Program-made: the position numbers and the translations under genes
The notes under the pieces: model-generated
Database searches by the model: none
Told to the model about the DNA's origin: nothing
Seen by the model: only the letters and a program-made list of their open reading frames with translations
Virus record (IMG/VR): IMGVR_UViG_3300045988_009838
Location: 1-26,298 of that record
From: a virus
Strand: one strand, 5' to 3'
DNA length: 26,298 bases
In this document: positions 22,474 to 26,298 of the stretch, piece after piece
Layout: each line of letters begins with the position of its first letter
How positions within the stretch are numbered: the stretch's first letter is position 1

Positions 22474-22896
22474 ATGAAGAATAAATCTGAAATATCTGCT
22501 TTTCTGATGTTCGTTGGGTTGCTGTACATTGAATTCCACTGTATAACACCAGATAGCCATTCAGCCTTGACTAGGCTGGCCGACATCAATTGGACGTATC
22601 TATGCCTAGTGATTGGTATCGCTTTATTCATTTCGATGTTAGCGTTAAGCTATATCCATGACATCCTACTCTTTTTTAAACTTGAAAAAGACGGTGATAT
22701 AACTTATAGCTTTGTCGTCACTTTGCCTATCTTTGGAATCCTCGTTTTGAGAAACTGCTTGATTGTCCTGTCTGATACTCAATTTGGAAATTTAATGTCC
22801 TTTGTTAGCGTCCCTATCTTCGGTGCTTTCTGGTCGCTTTCCAAACGAACGCTCAAAGCGAACAGGCAGCAAGATGAGAACTCCGACAAGCATTGA
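22474..22896 (+). CDS. Four-TM membrane protein, counter-oriented moron (possible superinfection exclusion/immunity function)
   Basis: 140-aa ORF; GAGG 8 nt before the ATG; four hydrophobic segments; own promoter and terminator. The minus strand has no ORF between 22426 and 22791. Confidence 0.6.
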   Translation: MKNKSEISAFLMFVGLLYIEFHCITPDSHSALTRLADINWTYLCLVIGIALFISMLALSYIHDILLFFKLEKDGDITYSFVVTLPIFGILVLRNCLIVLSDTQFGNLMSFVSVPIFGAFWSLSKRTLKANRQQDENSDKH

Positions 22897-22986
22897 GAAT
22901 GTAAAAAACATATAGGTCGTAAAGTCCCACTCTGGGATTGGACGGCCTTTTTGCATGAACTCGATAAAATCGTGGATGTGATTCAT
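22792..22986 (-). CDS. Small single-TM protein downstream of cro
   Basis: 64 aa; strong RBS GAAAGGGG 6 nt upstream; 20 nt after the cro stop. Its 3' 105 nt overlap the convergent plus-strand gene. Confidence 0.5.
   Translation of the reverse strand: MNHIHDFIEFMQKGRPIPEWDFTTYMFFTFSMLVGVLILLPVRFERSFGKRPESTEDRDANKGH
22914..22953 (+). terminator. Plus-strand terminator after the membrane-protein gene
   Basis: AGGTCGT-aaag-TCCCA-ctc-TGGGA-ttgg-ACGGCCT followed by TTTTG. One U-G pair makes it specific to the plus-sense RNA. Confidence 0.45.
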
Positions 22987-23006
22987 TTTTTGCCCCTTTC
23001 ATAATT

Positions 23007-23243
23007 TTAATTATTTAGTTCAAGTTCTTGAACTTCATAGTTAAAAAAATATTCAACAATCTCTTTTTTTGAGATTTCTAATAATTTAGCCGCTTTCACA
23101 ATTTCGTCTTGTTGCCACTTTGCTTTCCCGTTGATTTTAAACGAAATCGTTGTTGGAGTTATGCCGATGGCTTCTGCGAAATTTTCTTGCGTTCCGTATT
23201 TTTCTTTGATACGACCTTTTAATTTAGCATAGTCAAATCTCAT
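23007..23243 (-). CDS. Cro-like XRE-family HTH regulator
   Basis: 78 aa; HTH TQENFAEAIGITPTTISFKINGK; divergent from the repressor gene across an operator-rich region. Confidence 0.85.
   Translation of the reverse strand: MRFDYAKLKGRIKEKYGTQENFAEAIGITPTTISFKINGKAKWQQDEIVKAAKLLEISKKEIVEYFFNYEVQELELNN
23018..23033. promoter_or_regulatory. Operator copy O3 GTTCAAGTTCTTGAAC inside the 3' end of cro
   Basis: Perfect GTTCAA-N4-TTGAAC palindrome, the same architecture as the two intergenic copies. Confidence 0.6.
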
Positions 23244-23260
23244 TGAGTTCTCCTTTCTAA

Positions 23261-23276
23261 GTTCAATCTCTTGAAC
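23261..23276. promoter_or_regulatory. Operator copy O1 GTTCAATCTCTTGAAC between the cro promoter -10 and the cro RBS
   Basis: Perfect GTTCAA-N4-TTGAAC palindrome. Confidence 0.7.
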
Positions 23277-23287
23277 TTTATGGTTTT

Positions 23288-23316
23288 ATTTTAATCTTTA
23301 TCTTTTTATTTGTCAA
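23288..23316 (-). promoter_or_regulatory. Early lytic promoter (TTGACA-17-TAAAAT) for cro
   Basis: On the minus strand the -35 is at 23316-23311 and the -10 at 23293-23288. Confidence 0.7.
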
Positions 23317-23324
23317 CAGTTTTT

Positions 23325-23340
23325 GTTCAATTTTTTGAAC
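23325..23340. promoter_or_regulatory. Operator copy O2 GTTCAATTTTTTGAAC between the two divergent -35 boxes
   Basis: Perfect GTTCAA-N4-TTGAAC palindrome; an extra TTGAAC half-site forms the repressor promoter -35 at 23357-23362. Confidence 0.7.
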
Positions 23341-23356
23341 TTTTTTCCGATTTTTC

Positions 23357-23385
23357 TTGAACTTTTTTATTTTCTACTATATAAT
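23357..23385 (+). promoter_or_regulatory. Repressor (lysogeny) promoter TTGAAC-17-TATAAT
   Basis: -35 at 23357-23362 and -10 at 23380-23385, about 28 nt before the repressor ATG. Confidence 0.7.
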
Positions 23386-23412
23386 AAAGCCATAAAGGAA
23401 AAGGAAAAAAAT

Positions 23413-23799
23413 ATGAAAAATACTACTGCTTCACGTTTGCGACAAGTTATGAGCGAACGAAATTTAAAACAAGTTGACGTAATTTCCCTTTCGAAAGTAC
23501 ATCAAAAAGAACTTGGCGTTAAACTTGGAAAGAGTGCTTTGTCTCAATATATCAATGGGAAATCAACACCAGACCAAGAAAAGTTGGTGCTGCTTGCTAG
23601 AACGTTGGGGGTATCTGAAGCATGGCTCATGGGGTACGATGTCCCTATGACGAAAGAACAACCGCAACCAACCAACGCCCACGACATTGACGAAATCATA
23701 GCTAATGCAATGATGTTCGACGGGAAACCGTTGACGGATGATGATAAACGTGCCATCCGTGGCATCATTGCGGGATATATGAGCAGCAAGGAAAAGTGA
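23413..23799 (+). CDS. cI-like XRE-family repressor (ImmR-type, partner of ImmA)
   Basis: The track ORF is trimmed to the ATG at 23413 (RBS AAAGGAAAAGGA). HTH LKQVDVISLSKVHQKELGVKLGKSALSQYINGK. Followed by the ImmA-like gene. Confidence 0.85.
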   Translation: MKNTTASRLRQVMSERNLKQVDVISLSKVHQKELGVKLGKSALSQYINGKSTPDQEKLVLLARTLGVSEAWLMGYDVPMTKEQPQPTNAHDIDEIIANAMMFDGKPLTDDDKRAIRGIIAGYMSSKEK

Positions 23800-23805
23800 G
23801 GTGCT

Positions 23806-24171
23806 ATGACTGAAAGTGAATTGCTTGAGCAGTTCAACGTGTCTCTTTGTGAGTTCGATTCTAGCCAGTGGCCACGAGATGGATTTCTAGACCCTGTTAA
23901 CCGTGTGGTTTACATCAACGGGGATTTACCCCCAGAAATACGTTTGAAGGTCATTCTGCATGAATTAGGGCACTTAGAACACAACTCTAAACACTACGAG
24001 CGTCTGCGAGAAAAGTACGAGGCTCAAGCCAATAGAAATATGATTCATGAATTGTTGAAAAATGAAAATCTGGACGATTTCAATTACTTACACTTCATGG
24101 AAAAATATAATCTCACCACGATTTGTGATGAGACGTTTGTAAAAAATGAATATCTAAAAATGATGAGGTAA
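23806..24171 (+). CDS. immA: ImmA/IrrE-family zinc metallopeptidase
   Basis: 121 aa with HELGH (HEXXH) and a position directly after the repressor gene. Confidence 0.8.
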   Translation: MTESELLEQFNVSLCEFDSSQWPRDGFLDPVNRVVYINGDLPPEIRLKVILHELGHLEHNSKHYERLREKYEAQANRNMIHELLKNENLDDFNYLHFMEKYNLTTICDETFVKNEYLKMMR

Positions 24172-24175
24172 TGTC

Positions 24176-24724
24176 ATGAATTTATTAACAGTTCAAACTC
24201 AATTAATGCAAGCCGGCGTCCCTAAGATGTTTGGCACTCGAAAAGAGGTTAACTACCTACCGCAATTACTATCAGACGACGAGGTGATACAATATGCCGC
24301 ATCTGGATTTTATGACGGCAACACTGTCTTAATCGTTTTAACTCAAAAACGCATTATGTTTGTTGACAAAGGCATGATTTACGGCGTCCAGACTTCTGAA
24401 ATCCCTCTTGATATGGTCAATGGGGTATCGTCTAAAAGTGGGGTTCTCTTAGGTGAAATCTCGGTGATGAACGGGGTATCTTGGGCACATATCAAGAACA
24501 TCCCGAAGATTGCTGTCCCAGTCCTATCTGACAAGATTAAACGTGCATCCGAAGCATACAAACAAAGTCTATATAGACCACAGATAGAGGTTAGTCAGAG
24601 CAGTCAACCGCTATCACAGAATTTAATTGCTGACGAATTGATTAAGCTGAAATCATTAGTTGATAACGGCGTACTCACTGAGGAAGAATTTCAAGCACAG
24701 AAAGCTAAATTATTATCACAATAA
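24176..24724 (+). CDS. Bacterial PH-domain protein with C-terminal SHOCT motif
   Basis: 182 aa. The central region resembles YokE-type bPH domains. The C-terminus ADELIKLKSLVDNGVLTEEEFQAQKAKLL is a SHOCT-type short oligomerisation motif. Confidence 0.6.
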   Translation: MNLLTVQTQLMQAGVPKMFGTRKEVNYLPQLLSDDEVIQYAASGFYDGNTVLIVLTQKRIMFVDKGMIYGVQTSEIPLDMVNGVSSKSGVLLGEISVMNGVSWAHIKNIPKIAVPVLSDKIKRASEAYKQSLYRPQIEVSQSSQPLSQNLIADELIKLKSLVDNGVLTEEEFQAQKAKLLSQ

Positions 24725-24767
24725 AAAAAGCCCTACACTCACCGTCGCCAAACTTCGAGTGTAGAGC
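24723..24767 (-). terminator. Minus-oriented intrinsic terminator between two plus-strand genes
   Basis: Minus strand reads GCTCTACACTC-16 nt-GAGTGTAGGGC (10 bp plus 1 mismatch) followed by TTTTTTTAT. The plus orientation has no U-tract. Confidence 0.5.
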
Positions 24768-24855
24768 AAGCATCACAGAAAAAATCGTGTAAACTGAGAG
24801 CAGTCTTACAAGTCTTTTTCTGTACCCATTTTATCAAAAACGAGGTACAAACACA

Positions 24856-26298
24856 ATGGCAACACATAAAGTCGCTATCTATGTCCGAGTATCGACCACA
24901 TCGCAAGTTGATGAAGGCTATTCTATCGACGAGCAAAAGGCAAAGTTGACAAGCTACTGTGAGATTAAGGACTGGAATGTTTATGAGATATACACAGACG
25001 GCGGTTTCTCTGGGTCTAACACGGAACGCCCTGCCCTAGAGCAGTTAATAAGGGATGCAAAGAGAAAACTGTTTGATACTGTTCTAGTGTATAAGCTAGA
25101 CCGTTTGAGCCGCAGTCAGAAAGATACACTCTATCTGATTGAAGATGTCTTTCTGGAGAATGATATAGAATTTGTCAGCTTGCTCGAAAACTTTGACACC
25201 TCAACGCCATTCGGTAAGGCAATGATTGGGCTCCTCAGTGTGTTTGCCCAGCTAGAAAGAGAACAAATCAAGGAGCGTATGCAGCTAGGCAAACTTGGAC
25301 GGGCAAAGTCCGGCAAGGCCATGCAGTGGTCAAAGACTTCCTACGGCTACGACTATGTCAAAGAGACCGGCACGCTATCAATCAATCCATATCAAGCTTT
25401 AATCGTCCGAAAAATGTTCAAATGGTATTTATCAGGTATGTCGATAACCAAGCTCAGAGACGCCCTCAATGAGCAATATGGGCAAGATAAAGAGTGGAAC
25501 TATAGAACGGTGCGGGTTATCCTCTCAAACCCGGTATATTGTGGATACAATCAGTTTAAAGGGCAGATATTCCCCGGCACTCATGAGCCTATCATATCAG
25601 AGGACGACTTTAACAAGACGCAAGAGGAAATCAAAACAAGACAAAGGACAGCCGCCCAGCGTTTCAATCCAAGGCCATTTCAAGCTAAATACATGCTTTC
25701 TGGTATAGCTCAATGCGGTTACTGTTCAGCCCCTCTTGCTATCAAGCTAGGCATGAAACGAAAAGACGGCACGCGCTTAGTCAAATATGAGTGTAAGCAG
25801 CGACACCCAAGGAAGACCAAGGGCGTGACTGTTTACAACAACAATGAAAAGTGTGATTCTGGGTTTTATTTCAAAGACGATATAGAGCACTTCGTCCTAA
25901 CTGAAATCAGCAAACTACAAACTGATTCAGATTATATCGACAAGCTATTTTCAAACACTGACAAAGAGACGATAGACCGGGACAGCTACCAGAAACAGAT
26001 TGATAATCTAACCGCTAAAATTAGCAGGCTTAATGACTTGTATATTGATGACCGGATTTCACTGGAAGAATTACAAAAGAGGTCAAGCGACTTCATGGCA
26101 GAAAGAACAGCACTTGAAAAAGAGCTAGACGCTGACACCTCTCTCAAAGCTGTAGAGCGAAAGAAAGATATTAGACGGGTGCTTGACACCAAGGACATCT
26201 TCACGCTTGATTACGATCAGCAGAAAGCCATAGCACGCGCCTTGATAAGCAAGGTTAGAGTTACTAGTGAATCCATCGTTATTTTATGGAAATTATAG
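24856..26298 (+). CDS. Large serine recombinase (prophage integrase), complete
   Basis: 480 aa. Resolvase catalytic N-terminus VAIYVRVSTTSQ and YKLDRLSRS, a recombinase domain, a Cys-rich zinc ribbon (CGYCSAPL...YECKQ) and a coiled-coil C-terminus. The TAG stop is the last codon of the window. Confidence 0.9.
   Translation: MATHKVAIYVRVSTTSQVDEGYSIDEQKAKLTSYCEIKDWNVYEIYTDGGFSGSNTERPALEQLIRDAKRKLFDTVLVYKLDRLSRSQKDTLYLIEDVFLENDIEFVSLLENFDTSTPFGKAMIGLLSVFAQLEREQIKERMQLGKLGRAKSGKAMQWSKTSYGYDYVKETGTLSINPYQALIVRKMFKWYLSGMSITKLRDALNEQYGQDKEWNYRTVRVILSNPVYCGYNQFKGQIFPGTHEPIISEDDFNKTQEEIKTRQRTAAQRFNPRPFQAKYMLSGIAQCGYCSAPLAIKLGMKRKDGTRLVKYECKQRHPRKTKGVTVYNNNEKCDSGFYFKDDIEHFVLTEISKLQTDSDYIDKLFSNTDKETIDRDSYQKQIDNLTAKISRLNDLYIDDRISLEELQKRSSDFMAERTALEKELDADTSLKAVERKKDIRRVLDTKDIFTLDYDQQKAIARALISKVRVTSESIVILWKL

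Larger units (their letters stand above)
1..26298. mobile_element. Segment of an integrated temperate siphovirus (prophage): lysogeny, early/replication, late-regulator, packaging, head and proximal tail modules
   Basis: Uninterrupted phage gene order in the ORF track: serine integrase, ImmA, cI-like and cro-like HTH genes with divergent promoters, antirepressor, DnaD/DnaC-type replication genes, RecT, SSB, RusA, ArpU, terS, terL, portal, MuF, scaffold, capsid, connectors, major tail, chaperones, tape measure. Confidence 0.95.

Noticed and set aside
22426-22560. N-terminal extensions in the ORF track: antirepressor to 22560, repressor from 23323, adhesin to 20267, recT to 16626, arpU to 9750, terS to 9214, and 12998..13237
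   Set aside because: In each case an internal ATG with a proper Shine-Dalgarno sequence and a family-typical N-terminus exists. The extensions start at non-ATG codons or run through promoters and RBS regions.
24730-24767. Serine-integrase attP/att core at the inverted repeat upstream of int
   Set aside because: In an integrated prophage attP is split to the element ends, and the window ends at the int stop codon where the junction is expected beyond. The 11-bp arms with a 16-nt spacer plus a U-tract fit a terminator better.
24739-24936. 65-aa minus-strand ORF antisense to the integrase 5' end
   Set aside because: Its composition is Cys-rich and improbable, it has no RBS and it overlaps the int start. 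It is retained only as a possible non-coding antisense transcript region.

Overview
The whole 26.3-kb window is one contiguous piece of an integrated temperate siphovirus (prophage). Gene content looks like a low-GC Gram-positive coccus, Streptococcus-like, but the host cannot be verified from this sequence alone. The right end carries a plus-strand lysogeny module: a cI-like XRE repressor, an ImmA-type HEXXH peptidase, a PH+SHOCT protein and a complete large serine recombinase whose stop codon is the last base of the window. Everything to the left is on the minus strand and reads right to left: a cro-like gene, a small membrane ORF, a Bro-N/KilAC antirepressor, tiny early ORFs, a winged-helix gene next to an iteron/DnaA-box array, and an LPXTG adhesin cassette. 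These are followed by a replication/recombination module (replisome organizer with internal ori repeats, DnaC-like loader, RecT, DUF1351-like, SSB, RusA) and accessory early genes (MazG-like, YopX-like and others). Next come about 0.74 kb with no credible ORF but tRNA-like hairpins, an ArpU-type late regulator, terS, terL, portal, MuF-like minor head protein, scaffold and major capsid. The window ends with head-tail connectors, the major tail protein, a chaperone pair with a candidate -1 frameshift, and the start of the tape measure gene. The main non-standard signals are as follows. (1) Four counter-oriented plus-strand units, each starting with an extended -10 promoter (TGnTATAAT) lying on the start codon or -35 region of a minus-strand lytic gene and each closed by a plus-strand-specific intrinsic terminator. 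Two would give RNAs of about 45 nt, one about 170 nt with a 16-codon ORF, and one carries a 4-TM membrane protein gene. (2) The LPXTG/RGD adhesin gene sits inside the early operon and is bracketed by direct repeats. (3) An array with about 15.5-bp periodicity lies next to two perfect tandem DnaA boxes, in addition to the ori inside the replisome organizer gene. (4) Strand-specific long RNA helices and tRNA-like minihelices occupy the non-coding stretches. (5) A hairpin-terminator sits directly in front of terS. All functional interpretations are inference from sequence and need transcriptomic or comparative confirmation.
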